The notes: generated by a model from the letters alone, not told the origin. A stretch of 64,000 bases of DNA from Neocallimastix sp. 'constans' (GCA_050613775.1 JBODTK010000117.1:1-64000), one strand, 5' to 3'; numbered from the stretch's first letter, positions 1 to 14,689 are shown. Numbers and translations are program-made.

Positions 1-1294
1 TTTATTATAATTATAAAAGTATTTTATTTATTATTAGTATATTTATTGTTTTAAATATATATTCATAAAAAAATATATATTTATTATATTTTAAATACAA
101 AATTTATTATTTATAAATACATATTATAATTTATAATTATCAAAATAATTAATATTATTATTTAATTAAATTTTATATATATATATATATTTTTTTACTA
201 TTAATATAATTATTTATTTATTATTTATTTATTTATTTATTTATTAATTTATCAATTTATCTATTGATTTATTTATTTATTGATGTATTCCTTCATTATT
301 CACTATTAATATCATCTATCAGTATTTGTTATTTTTTTTTAAATAATATCTTTTTATTATTATTACTATCGATATTTAAATATCATCTTATTGTTATTAG
401 GTAAATTTCAATTTTTAAAATATAATTAATTTTTTATTAATAAAAACACATTTTTTTAAAAAGTAATTTCATTTATCAAAATAATTTTTAAAAAATTTTT
501 TCTATACATTTTGAAAGTCATTGAAATAATACATCAATAAAAATTTTTTTATTAATATATATATTAAATTAAAAAAGTATTATATAAATAATTGATGATT
601 TATTCAAAACTTGCTTTTTATTTTACTCTTTTTTAAGTTAAATTTGTAAACTTTATAAACTTTTTTTTTCTCTTTTCTTTTCATTTTCTTTATTTATTCT
701 CAATAATTAAAATTATATCATTATAAGCTAATCCAAAAGTAAAATATATTTATTTATTTAATTAATATAATTTTATATTACAAAATATTAATAAATAAAG
801 TTATATATATATATATATATTTTTTTTTTAAAAAATTTGTTTATTAAATGTTAAATGTAATTATAACAATTTTATAATCAAATTAATATGATATTATATT
901 TATTTAATAAAAAAATTTATTTTATTATTAATTTATTAACACAAGTATTTTCACTTTTTTTATATATTATTTTTTTTTTCTTTTTTTTTCCTCTTATTTT
1001 TTTTTTTTTTTATTTTTTAAATTTATAAATATATATATTTTAAAAAATATATATATAAATTGAATTAAATTTAAATTAGAAGTATTAATCTTTATAAAGA
1101 TTAGTTGAAAAGCATTTATTAAAATTACATCAGCGAAATGGATACTCTGGTAAATAAATAATAATAATAATAAAATAATAATTTTTAAAAAATATATATA
1201 TATAAAGAATTTTAAATAAAAAGTTAAAATATAAAAATCAAAATACATAAATTTTCAGTTTAAGCAATAATTAAAAATAATAAGAAAATCCTTT

Positions 1295-1363
<69 letters not shown>

Positions 1364-1632
1364 TTTAAGGTTGTATATATAAATTGTTATTATAAAAAGA
1401 ATAAATTTTATTTTATTTTTAATAATTTATTTATTTGTTAATCTTTATAAATTAAATGAATAAGGATTAATTTTATATATTTTCACATTTTTGCTATTTA
1501 TTATGTTAAGAATGAACTTTTATATAAATAAATATATATTAAATTGTAAAAAATATAAACGAACTTCAAATTTATTAAATATAAAATTAAAAATTTTTAA
1601 TTTAATCAAAATAGAATAATTATTAGAAAATA

Positions 1633-1680
<48 letters not shown>

Positions 1681-2163
1681 TATTAGTAATTGTTTGGTTT
1701 GGAAAGGGAATGAAATAAAACAAGTAATAATTAAATTAAAAATGGAATTGTATATTATATAAATAATATAAAATTCATTTAAAGAATTTATTGTGATATT
1801 TTATTTTTTATTGTTAAACGGAATAAATTACTATAAGCAATTCAAATAAGCAATTAATGTATTTTTGCTAAATATTTACATCAATAATTAGAATAAATAA
1901 ATTTAGTATTTTAATAGGAGGAACGCGAACTATTATTATGTTTTTTGTAAGACAAGATCGAAAAAAGAAGTTATAATTTGCAAGAAATCTTTTTTTATAG
2001 TTTTTTTTTTAAAAAGAAAAAAAAAGAAAAAAAAAGAAAAAAAAGAAAAAAAGGCTTCAAAAATTAGTGAAAAAATATTAAGAAGATTTGATACAAACTG
2101 TAGTTGTTGCTTATAAAAGTGAAAAATTAAAGAAAAAAAATAGATTTAAAGAAAGAAAGAAAG

Positions 2164-2200
<37 letters not shown>

Positions 2201-2784
2201 GAAAGAAAAAGAAAGGAAAGGAAAGGAAAAGAAAGGAAAATATAAGGAAATAAAAGGAAAGGAAAGGAAGTAAAATAAAATAGAAAAAATAAAAAAAAAT
2301 AATAAAAATAATAAATAAAAGAAAAAAAGAACTGAACTGAAAAAAAAAAAAAAAAAAAAAAAAAGTCAAGATAAAGTGAATCAATCAAGAATAATAAGAA
2401 TAATATGACATTTAATCTTTATCTCAAAGTTTAAATAAAATTTAAAGAAAAAAGAAATAATGAAAAGAAAAAGATAAAGTATGTTTAATATATGTAAAAG
2501 TTATGATAAAAGTTATTCAAGAAAAAATCATAACTTAAATAATACAAAGAAGGCAATTATACTAATATTTAAATATTATTAGATATAATTAAATTAATAA
2601 TTTTTATAATTATAACTTATATATAGTATTTAATATTTTAATAATTTTTTAAATTTACTTTTTATTTTTATTTTTTTTTTCATTATTTAATAATAATAAT
2701 AATGAAAAGGTAAAATAAAATAATTTTAACAACTTATATATTTATATTTTTAATAAAATTATTTAGACTGATCAAGATCAAAAA

Positions 2785-4394
2785 ATGATAGATGCTGAAA
2801 CAGCAGAGCCTGTTCCAGAAACAGTACCAGAATCAGAAAAAGAAAAGGAAAAAGATAAAGTAGAAGAAAAAGAAAAGGAATCAAAATTATCAGTTTCTCC
2901 TAGATCTCCAAGTTCTGTAAGTTCTTATCAAAAGAATTCATTAACTGATTATTATCCAAAAAATTCCTTATCTCCGTTATCTCCTGCACCATTACCAAAA
3001 GATTCATTATCTCCAAGATCTCCAAGATCTCCAAGATCTCCATTAGCTGATGTAGTTCGTTCTAAATCTAGATCACCCTCTCTATCAAAGAGTAGAAGTA
3101 GAGATAAAGAGAGAGAAAAAGTTAGAGAAAGTTCAAGGCGTTCTGATCGTCATAGATCTTATTCAAGAAGTAAAAGTAGAAGCAGAAGTAGGAACAAAAG
3201 TAGAAGTAGAAGCCATGATAGATATCGTAAAGAAAGAAGATATAGAAGTAGAGATAGAAGTAGAGAAAGTAGTAGAGAAAGAAGATATAGAAGTAGAGAC
3301 AGAAGTAGAGACAGAAGAAGGTAAATTAATATTAAAAAATTCTTTAAATAATATTAAAAAATTTTATTAATTAATAAAAGTTTTAATAATTTATAATTTG
3401 TATATTTGCCCTTTTTTAAATAATAATTTAATTAATTTTTTTAAAATTAATAATAATAATAAAAATAATAAATATTAATTAACATTAATAAATACTAAAC
3501 ATTATAAACTCTTAAATGAATAATAAAAGATCACCACCACGTGCTTGGAGTCCACCAGAAGGTGTTACTAGAGATGCACCAGAACCATCTAAAGTATTAG
3601 GTGTATTTGGATTAAGTAGTAGGACTAAAGAAGAAGATTTAAAAGAAAAATTTGGAAAGTATGGTAAAACTGAAAAAGTTATCATTATCTATAATCAAAA
3701 GGTATAAATAATATTTATTTATACGTTTGTTAAATACATTTATAATAATAATAATAAAAATATATAATCATAATTATATTTAATTGTTATTAATAGTATA
3801 ATTATTATTTTCTATTTACTTCTTATTCTTATGTATTAATTATATAATTTGCTATTTATATTATATATTTAAAGACAAATAAATCTCGTTGTTACGGTTT
3901 TGTCTATTTCGAAAATATTGATGATGCCACAGATGCTAGAAAGGAACTTAATGGAATTGTAAATATATATTAAAATATTAATATAATAATTGATAAATAC
4001 AAAATAATACAAAGCAAAAAAAAAAAAAAAAAAAAAAAAGAAATCATTATTTTGTGATTATACTTTTTTTTTTTTTTTCACCTAAATATTTATTAATATT
4101 CTAATTCTTTTACTGAATCATTATTATTATTATTATTATTATAAGAACTTAGATGGAAGGAAGATTCGTGTTGATTATTCAATCACTCAAAGAGCTCATG
4201 ATCCAACTCCAGGAAGGTATATGGGAAATGTTAATCGTCGTGATTATCGCGATTATCGTTCTTCACATGGAAGATCTTACAGGAGAAGTAGATCAATATC
4301 CAGAAGTCGAAGTAGAAGTAGAAGTAGAAGTAGATCTTCTCGTCATAGAAGAAGAAGTCGCAGTGGAAGTATAAGAAGAAGAAGAAGAAGTTAA
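2785..4394 (+). CDS. TRA2: Transformer-2-like SR splicing factor (RS-RRM-RS), ~346 aa; coding exons 2785-3320, 3530-3701, 3875-3958, 4146-4394
   Basis: Splicing at GT-AG sites gives one open frame. It has an N-terminal SP/RS-rich region, an RRM with RNP2-like VLGVFGLS and RNP1-like SRCYGFVYF, the Tra2-type post-RRM motif [26 protein letters not shown], and a second RS domain ending at TAA 4392-4394. Confidence 0.9.
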
Positions 4395-5372
4395 AAAATA
4401 AAAAAAAAAAAGTATTCCAACACTATATTTATATAAAATCGTATTTTTTATTTTTTTTTTTAAAAAAAAAAAAAGATAATTAAGCATGTTTATCTTTTTA
4501 TTTATAAATAAGTATTAAATAAAATATATATGTATCTTTTAAATTTCATTTTTTTTTAAAAAATATATATATATATATTATTCATTTCATATAATAATAT
4601 AACAATATAATTTGTTTTATTTTATATAAAGTATTTGTACAATCCTTAACTATTTTATTATTTTATTGTTGTATTTTTTTTTTTTTTTTATTTTATTATT
4701 TTATTTTATTTTTAAAAAAAAAAAAATAACATTAATATCATTTCATAATATTTTTATATTATTATTACTATTTTTTTTTTTTTATTTTTTTTCTTTACAA
4801 AAAAAAAAAAAAAAAAAAAAAAAACTTATCATGAGTAATTATAGTGAATATTTTTTGAACATGCAAACAAACTCAAAAAAAAAAAAAAAAATAAAAAAAA
4901 TTAAAAAAAAAAATAAAAAAAAATTAAAAAAAAAAAATTAAAAAAAAAAAATTAAAAGATAATAATAATAAAAATAAATAAATAAATAATATAATGAATT
5001 GATGTGTAATAAAATGTAATTCATTATTATTAAAAAAATTTTTTTTTTTTTTTGTTTTTGTTTTTGTTTTGTTTTGCTTTGTATTATTTTGTTTAGATAT
5101 AAAATATATATATATATTATTATATTTTTTTAATATAATAATAAATTATTGATTTTTTTTATTTTATTTATTTTTTTATTTTTATTTTTTTTTTTTATTT
5201 TTTGCCACTAACGGATGAACAAATGAATAATAATAATAATAATAATAATAAGGAGAAATCATTGAACAGGAATAATAATAAAATCCTTTAATTTTTTTTT
5301 TTTTAATAATAATAATGAATTTAACAAAAATAAAACAAACAAAAAAAAAAAAAAATTAATAAAAAATATATA

Positions 5373-5403
<31 letters not shown>

Positions 5404-6715
5404 TAAAAATGAAAGATAAATAATAATAATCATTTATTATTTAATCATTATTTTTTTTTTTTTTATTTATTATTTTATATTATTATTTTATATTATTATT
5501 TTATATTATTTAATATTTATTATTCAATTATTTATTATATATTATTTATTATTATTTATTATTTATTATTTATTATTTAATTTTAATAAAAAAAAAAGAA
5601 ATTAAAATTAAAAAATTTTTGATGAATACGATGAAAATTAATTTTAATTATTTATAAAATTAATTAATTATTTACTTTTTTATAAAAGTTTAAAAAAATA
5701 AAAAAAATAAAAAAAAAAAAATTTTATTATTTATTATTATTATTTATTTTTTAATTATTTATTTATAAATTTAATTATTTTATTAATCTTCATAGATGTT
5801 TTTTTTTTTTTTACAAATTATTATAAAAAAAATAAAAATTTTCATTTTAAAAATTTGTTTTTTCTTTCTTTTCTTTTCTTTTCTTTTCTCCTTTCTTTTT
5901 ATTTATTTATTTATTTATTATTTTTGATTTTTTTAATTTTTGATTGTTTTGATTTTTATTAATATGATCTTAAAAAAAAAAATTTTTTTTTTTTTTTTGA
6001 TCTTGGAAATTTATTTATATAAAGAAATTAAATTAAAAATTATATAAATTATATATTAATATTTATTTAATATTATATATATTATATTTATTATATATAT
6101 TATTATTAAGTATGTTTTTTTTTTATATCAAATTTTTCCTTTTGGTAACAAAAAAAATAATTTTTTACTTATTTTTCACGTGTAAATAATAAATAATAAA
6201 TAATTAAATAATACAAATAATACATAATAAATTATAAATTATAAATAATACATAATAAATAATTATAAATTATAAATAATAAATAATAAATAATTAAATA
6301 ATCAAATAATTGAATAATAATAATAAATAATTGAATAATAATAATAAATAATTGAATAATAAATAATTAATAATAAATAAATAATATAAATAATAAATAA
6401 ATAAATAAATAATAAATATTAAATAATAATAAATAGTAAATAAATAATAAATAATTAAATAATAAATAAATAATAATAATTAATAAATAATTAATAATAC
6501 AATAATAAATGTTAGAAAAATAAAAATAAAGATAGTAAAGTAATACAATAATATAAAACAGTAAAGTATTACTGAAGATAAATAAATAAATAAAGGAAAA
6601 TAGTAATAAAGAATGAACGATATAAAAGTAAAGAATTAAAAAAAAAAAAAAAAAAAAAAATTCAATAACATAAATATAAATTAAAATTAAAATAAAAAAA
6701 TAAATGATAATAATG

Positions 6716-6748
<33 letters not shown>

Positions 6749-7800
6749 TAATAAATGTAATAAATTTTATTAATTTACAATTTAACAACAAAAAATAAAA
6801 AAAAAAAAAATAAAAAAAAAATAAAATAAAATTCTTTTTAAATATATATAAAAATATATATATATTAATTTATATTTAGTAAAAATTATATTTATTTTTA
6901 TTTTATTTTATTTTTTTAAATATATATATATATATATTTTCTTTATATTTATTTATTTTATTTTATTTTTATAAAACTATTTTATTTTTTATTTATTTAA
7001 TTATGTTTTTTATTTTATTTTATTTTAATTTTTTTTTTTTTTTAATAAAAAAAAAATAAAAAATAAAAAAAATGATTTGTTGAACGTTTCCAGTTACTCC
7101 TACATTTCAAAAAAAAAAAAAAAAAAAAAAAAAAATGAAATGAAATGACTTATGTTTTATATAAAATATTCCAAATATAATTAATAACAGTTTTTTTTTA
7201 TTATTATTTTTAAAATATATATATATATATATTTACATATTTTATACAATATTGTTTTTGCTATTTAAAAATTAAACTAAAAAAAAATATTAATTTATTG
7301 CTTTTTAAATAAAGGTATATTTTTTAGTTTAATATATATATGCTATGAAATAAAATAATACATATAAAATAAAAAAAAATTTTTTTAAAAAAAAATAGAA
7401 ACTATAAAAAAAAAAAAAAATATTAAATTTTTAAAAAAAAAAAAAAATATACATATATATATATATATAATAAAATATAAAAAATAATAATAATACAAAT
7501 TTAATAATAATAAAAAAAAAAAAATAATAAAAATAAAAATAAAAATAAATAAATAAAATAAAATAAAATAAAAATAAAAATTTAAAAAGTATGAAATAAT
7601 ATATATAGTATATATTTATATATAGTTCAAAATATATATATATATTTTTATGTATATTAATATAAATAATTATTGTAATCTTTTTTAAAATATATATATA
7701 AAAAAAAAAAAATTCCCATTTTTTCTCCTTTTTTTCTTTTCTTTTTTTTTTTTTTTTTTTTTTTTAATAAAATAAACAAATATATAGAAATATATATTTA

Positions 7801-7841
<41 letters not shown>

Positions 7842-7886
7842 TTAAAATTAAAATTAAAATTTAAATTTAATAATTAAAAATTATTT

Positions 7887-10594
7887 TTAATTTAAATGTG
7901 GAAATACTTGAGACCAAAACCTATTTTTTGAATTTTCCTTTTTACACACAGCATTCGTTATAATTCCATTAACATTAGACCTCGTAATACTATTTATATT
8001 ATTGTTATTACTATTAGGATTTAGATATAAATTTGAATTTGTAGTATTATTTAAATGAGTTGCTGTATTATTTATATTGAATTTAGGATTGGAACTTGAA
8101 TTCTTAAAAAATGTAGGATTAATGTTATTATCAAGATTAGAATTGATATTTAAAGATTTGGTATTAATATCAGGGGATGCATTGGTATTGATAGTAGTAG
8201 TATTTGTATCTGTATTATTATTTGTATCTATATTATTATTTGTTTCTATATTATTATTTGTTTCTGTATTATTATTTGTATCTGTAATATTATTTGTTTC
8301 GGTATTTATATTATTAGTTGTACCTATATTTGTATTAGAAGAATTATTGGTGGAATAAGAATTTATGTTGACATAACCATAATCATGATCACTTGGACCT
8401 GAAGAATTACTAGATGAAGTTGTTTTTGCCGTCGTCGTTGTAGTAAAATTTGAATTTGGGGAATTTGTTACATTTGAATATATTACTTTACCACTGGTAC
8501 CATTTGTATGATTATGATGAATTCTTTTATTACTTATACCTTCACCATCATCATGATTCTCTAAAGAAGAAATGGCCTGTTTCTTTTTACTATAACAATT
8601 ATTATCATAATCATTACCCATACAACAATTTCCATTACCATCACAATTACAATTACAATTACAATTACAACTACAATTTCCATTACCATTACCATTATCA
8701 TTATCATTACGTTGACTATTAATATTATTACTATTACTATTAAAAGCTTTATTATTAGAGCATTGACAAGGGAAATGATGGTGGTGATGATGATGATGAT
8801 GATTTTGTTGTTGAATTAAACTTAATTTTCTTTTCTTTTCATGACTATCTCTTTCTCTTTTATTATTATTTTTTTTTCCCATTTCTATTTTTTTCATTTC
8901 TTTTTCTCTTTCCATCCTTTGCCTCTTAGCCTTCTGTTCCTGATGTAAACGAATGGGAGCGATCCAATCAAAATCACCATCATCCACCTGTCCCATTCCA
9001 TTTAAAATATCATCAAAAAGGGAACGTAAGAAATCATAATTAGGTTTATCATAAAATTCTAAGAAACGAACATACCTAAAATACAAGATAAATTGATTTG
9101 GAAGATTTTTGCAAAGTTGTTCAAGAGGAATGGACGCCTTCGTTCTTCCAATAGACATAATCATGGCTTCAGGCGTCTTAGCCGTAATACCCATCCAAGG
9201 TAAATGACCCCCAAAACATAAATATAATAAACAGTAACCAAGTGCCTCTAAATCATCCCTTGGCGTCTGTTGATCACAACGATGTGTATTTAAACTCATA
9301 TACCTCGGGGTACCACAGGGGGGTTTCTTTTTATTTGGAACATAACGATGTGTGACCTGATTCCTATAAAATTCAGAAAGTCCAAAATCTGCTAAATAAA
9401 TAGTAGAAACAGGGGGTCTTCCTACGCTACCATCCTGTAAATAGACTTCTTCTCCTTTCGGGTATTCCCTCCTTATCGGTTTAGAGTAATCAATATAACC
9501 TACTAAAAAATTCTCTGGTTTAATATCACGATATACAATTCCTCGTTCATGAACTTTTTCTAATCGTGTAATTAACTGTTTAGCTATCATACAAATGGTT
9601 TTCATTGAAAAATGACGATGACATAGTCTAAATAAATTTTCAATACTTGGACCCAACAATTCCATAATCATAATATTATCTTTTTCCAATTGACCATAGT
9701 AAAGAACTCGTGGCATGCCTTCTACTCCAAATAGCCGTTGATAAATGGCATATTCTTCTTCTAAATGTTTATTTTTTTCTGATATCTTCTCGGTTTTAAC
9801 TGCTATTGGTTGTCCCGTTTTTTCATTAATACCTTTATATATAATACCGTAATAGCCTTTACCAATTGCTTGTTTAATATTATATCCTTTTAGAATCTCT
9901 TCAATAGACTTTAAGGAATCAACTTTCCATGCACTTATTGAATCTGAAACATTGGTATCAAAATCAAAGGTAGTACGATGTTGATTACTAACAACTTCAG
10001 AATTAATTTTATTATTATCTACAGTATCTTTAGGTTTATCATTAGCATTACCAACACTACTATCATTATTACCATTCCTACCATCATCATCATTACCATT
10101 ACTATCTTTGATTTTATCTGTTTCATTTATGTTTGTTGATGTTGATATTGATGTCAATGTTGACTTTGATATCGGCATTGACATTGACGTTGACATTGAC
10201 ATTGGTATTGATGTTGCCATTGCCGTTACCGAAGAAGAAGGAGAAGAAGAAAGTTTATTTTTCTTTGTTTCTTTAATAGGACCACTACTACGCCATGCAC
10301 TAATATCACTTTCTAAAAATGATCTTTGAATATGAGAATGAGAACGATTATCTGAATTTAATAATTCCATAGAAGATTTAGCTAATTCCTTAATTTTCCA
10401 AGCAGATATTTCATTTTTATGATCCATAAAAAAAGCATAATCATCCACAGTATTAATAGTATTTCTATTACGACTTCCTGTAGAAGTTAAAGAATTTGTT
10501 GAATTCATTGAATTTATTGAATTAACTGATAATCTTTCCAATATATCTAAATTTTCTAAATTTTCTTCATCAATCATAAAATTTTTATATGCCT

Positions 10595-10625
<31 letters not shown>

Positions 10626-10761
10626 TAAAAAATAAAAAATATTTTAATGAATATATTAAATAGTGTTTAATTGAGTTTTATTATTAATAATAAATTAAAA
10701 AATTATTGATATAAAATATTTATAGATTTTTAAAATTAAATTGAATATTTTAAAATCATAA

Positions 10762-10798
<37 letters not shown>

Positions 10799-11807
10799 TT
10801 AATTAAATATAAAAAAATAATAATAATAATAATAATAATTAAGATAATAAATAAAATATATAATATATATATTATCTTTTCCACTTACATTCATATATGG
10901 CATAGTTAAATCATTATCTTTATTCTTGTTCTTATTTGCCTTTGGATTTTCCTTAATATATAATAATAATTTAATATATTTTTATAAAATAATCATTTAA
11001 TGATATATATATTATTTATTATTATTAATTATTATTATTATTTTTTTTTTTTCTATTTTTTTTCTTTTTTTTTTTTTTATTATTGACATTTTTTTTTTTT
11101 ATTATTATTATTTTTTTTCCAACTTTATATATATATATATATATATAAAGTTAATTACCTTAATGAATTTTGTCCATGCACTTTCCATGCCTCTTTTTTT
11201 ATCCTTTTTATTATGAATTGCTACCGCCACCCTATGTTTTAAAAGGATATTATCTTTATTGGATAGATTCTTATTGATTGTTTTACTATTTTCATTAATA
11301 TTATTTAGTAAGGTTGTTAGGGTTTTCTTTTCTTTATCCGAATTTGAATCCTCCGGAGAAGATAAACTTGAATCTACGGATGATTTTGGTGGTGTAATAA
11401 AATTGGTGGTATCAATAGGTTCGGGCTGCTCATCATAATTTTTGTTATTAAAACCATAATCTTCACTATCAGAAGAAAAAGTATCGGTATCATAGACATG
11501 AATATTACTTAAATGATTAAGATTATCATTAAAATAATAATTTTCATTTTTAAACTTTAATATTTCATCTTCTTTCTTTTTAATCTATTAATAGCATTTT
11601 AGACATAAAATATATATATATATAAAAATAATAAAAACGAAAATAATATATAAGGAAAAATATTTTAATATTTATTTTTTTACTATTATATTATTTTATA
11701 TATTAGATAAAATTAATAATAATATTAATACAATAGATAAAATATTTATATGAATATAAAAATATATTTACTGAAGAAAACGTTTGCCATGCACTTTCCT
11801 CAGTCAT
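7887..11807 (-). CDS. Casein kinase 1 (Yck1/2 / CK1-gamma-like) with long low-complexity N- and C-terminal extensions, ~1076 aa; exons 11807-11772, 11584-11159, 10951-10889, 10592-7887
   Basis: Kinase motifs GKGYYG, AVK, MELLGPSIENLF, YRDIKPENFL, DFGL, GTPRYMSLNTH and RDDLEALGY are present. YRD and LLGPS are typical of the fungal Yck/CK1-gamma group. Three upstream phase-0 exons with GT-AG borders extend the supplied 896-aa ORF to MTEESAW. Confidence 0.9.
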
Positions 11808-12830
11808 TTTTTTGATATTATTGAAATTTTTTATAATAATAATTATAATAATTCAAGTATTTAAATACTTTTTAAAATATATATTATATATTATATTGAT
11901 ATATTGATATATTTCAATATAATTTTATGTTAAAATATTTAAATAAAAAAAAAAAAAAAAAAAAAAGATTCCTTTCAATAAAGAAATTTAACAAGTTTAT
12001 TTAATAATTGAAGAAATTGTCATTATATATATTATTGTGTTAAAAAAATATCTATAAAAATATATACATATATATAAAATATATATATAAAATAATTAAA
12101 AATATTAGAAAAAAATATAAAAAAAAAAAAAAAAAAAAAAAAAAAGATTAATTAATTATATTGATATTTATCACATTAATAAAAAAATTAAAAATATATA
12201 TATGAACTTTAAACTTTTTTTATTTAATATATACATATATTATTATTTAGTTTTTTTTTTTTTTTTTAATTTTTTCTTTCATAAGTGATTTTCTACTTTC
12301 TTTTTTTTTAATACTTCTAAGGTGTTAATAGTTTCTTATTTTTTCTTTTTTCTTTTTTTTTTTTTTTTTTTTTTATTATAATTTTGTGGATTCGATGTTA
12401 TTCATCTTTCATTATTGTTATGTACTTTAATTAACATATTTCATAATATTATAATAATTCTTTATATAATTCTTATATATATATATATATAACTTTTTTT
12501 CTTCTTAGCAATATAATTTTTTTTTTTTTTTTTATTTTATTTTCGTTTGTGTATGCGATGAGTATGACAAGTGTGTGTATTAACAGTTGAGTATATATTA
12601 TTTTTAAATTTCATTTAAAAGCATTGATTTTTGTTATATATAATAACATTATATTATAACATAAAAATAATAATTTTACCTTTTTTTTAAAATAAAATAA
12701 TAATAATAATAATTAATTTATTTCATACATAAAGTATACCAGTCTTATATTATTTAATATATACTTTTTAGATATATAGATAAATGGATATATATAAATA
12801 ATTTTTTTAAAATATATATATATTAAAGTG

Positions 12831-12866
<36 letters not shown>

Positions 12867-14689
12867 TATATTATTTTATTATATAAAACAAATCTTTTTT
12901 TTTTTTTCTTATTTAATAAATAAAGCCTTTTATATATATAAAAATAATAATAATAATTAAAATGAAAAAAAAAAAAAAGTTTTACTGGTTTACTTTTTTC
13001 TTAATTTCTTTAAATAAAATGAAAATAAATTGATTTAAAATCATAAAATATTACATAACAAAGAAGGAAAAAGAAAAGAAAGAAAAGAAAAGATAAATTA
13101 TGTTAATTATAAAAACTTAATATGTCTTTATATAAAGTTGACTATTTTTTAAATAACAATATTAATGTTTTTTTCTTTATTATTTTATTTTATTTTATTG
13201 CAATTAATTATTATATATATCTAAAATTCGAATTTAAATATAGATAATTGAAAAAAAAAAAAATAATAATAACAATAATAAATATGTTCAAATATAAAAT
13301 AAAAAAAAAAAAAAATACTATATATGAAAATATTTTATTCTGATTAAATATAAATATAAAAATGAAAATATACTTTTTTTTCTTTTCCTTTTTTTTTTTT
13401 TTTTTAATTCTTTCATTAATAAATTATTTTCTTGTAGTAAATTAATATATAGAAATGTCTTAATATTTTTAACTTTTTTTTTAAATAATATATTTAATAA
13501 GTAAAACTTTATTAAGCTTATAACAATTGAATAAAAAAAAATTTTTTTTTCTTCTTTTCTCCACTAAATAAATATTTTTAAAACTTCATATTTTCGTTTT
13601 TTATTCTTTTAAAAAATATATATAATTATATAGTTAAATTTTAAATTTATTTAAAACTTTTGTTAATCATTTTATATATATAATAAAAAAAGGGTGTAAA
13701 ATAAAAAAAAAGATAAAAACATGAAAAAAAAAAAAAAAAAAAGAGAGAGAGAAAAATTTATAAGATAAAAAGAAAAACTATTATATAAAAATAAAACAAA
13801 ATAAAATAAAATTAAATAGAAAATTATATAAATATTAATTAATTATAATTTATCATTTAGTAGTATTTTACTTATTTATTTATTTATTTATTATTTAAAT
13901 AAAAAGAATTAAATTATATATTAAAAAAAATAAATAAATATATATAAATAAATAGAATAAATTCCAAAAAATAAATAAAATAAAATAAAAAAGGCCAATA
14001 TATAATAGTATATATTATATATATAATTAAAATATATAGTCTGAATAGATATAAATATATTGAAAATAAATGACAAATTCAATTGGTTTTGGAAAGTCAT
14101 TTCATTTTTAAAAAAAATAGAAAAAAAATAAAAAAAATATTTTAAAAAAACTTTATAATATTTAAATATAATATATATTATTACCATATATTATAATATA
14201 ATGGTGTATATTGAATAAATAAAAAGTTTAAGTTAATGTAAAATAAACTTTAAAATTGTTATTCTAATTAAATTATATTATTTATATATTAATAATATAC
14301 TATAATATATTATTTTAATCGTAATATATATATATTATTAATAGCCAATGGTTTTATAGTAAATATATATATTTAATCATATAGTCAACTTAATTTAAGA
14401 ATTCTTTCTAAATACCCCATTAAATTTTCATATATTGCATTACATTCTACCATATATATTAATGATAATAATGTTATTTAGTTTATCCAACTATATAAAT
14501 TTAATAAATATTTATAAATTATAATATATTATATATTTTATTCTACCTATATTAATAATATATTATAATCTACCTAATATTTAATTTAGCACAATTAGTA
14601 AAATAAAAATATTTAATTGATAATATTTATGATTAAAATCAAACTATATATATAAGTAGTTCTATGGTATTTAATTATTTATTATTTAT

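Noticed and set aside
4153..4487. ORFs 4153-4374 (+) and 4293-4487 (-)
   Set aside because: They are off-frame or antisense readings of Tra2 exon 4. The true frame starts at 4146.
6177..6182. CACGTG followed by a long AT tract (CDEI/CDEII-like point centromere)
   Set aside because: It is a single hexamer with no CDEIII-like motif. Point centromeres of that type are restricted to Saccharomycetaceae, and AT tracts are ubiquitous here.
6782..6833. Minus-strand ATT TTT TGT TGT TAA (IFCC*) as a possible spliced Cys-Cys terminal exon of CK1
   Set aside because: The nearest AG (6835-6834) puts it out of frame and would add a poly-Phe run. TTGTTG is common by chance here.
8077..10329. Plus-strand ORFs 8077-8358, 8450-8722 and 10108-10329
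   Set aside because: They are antisense shadows of low-complexity segments of the CK1 coding sequence.
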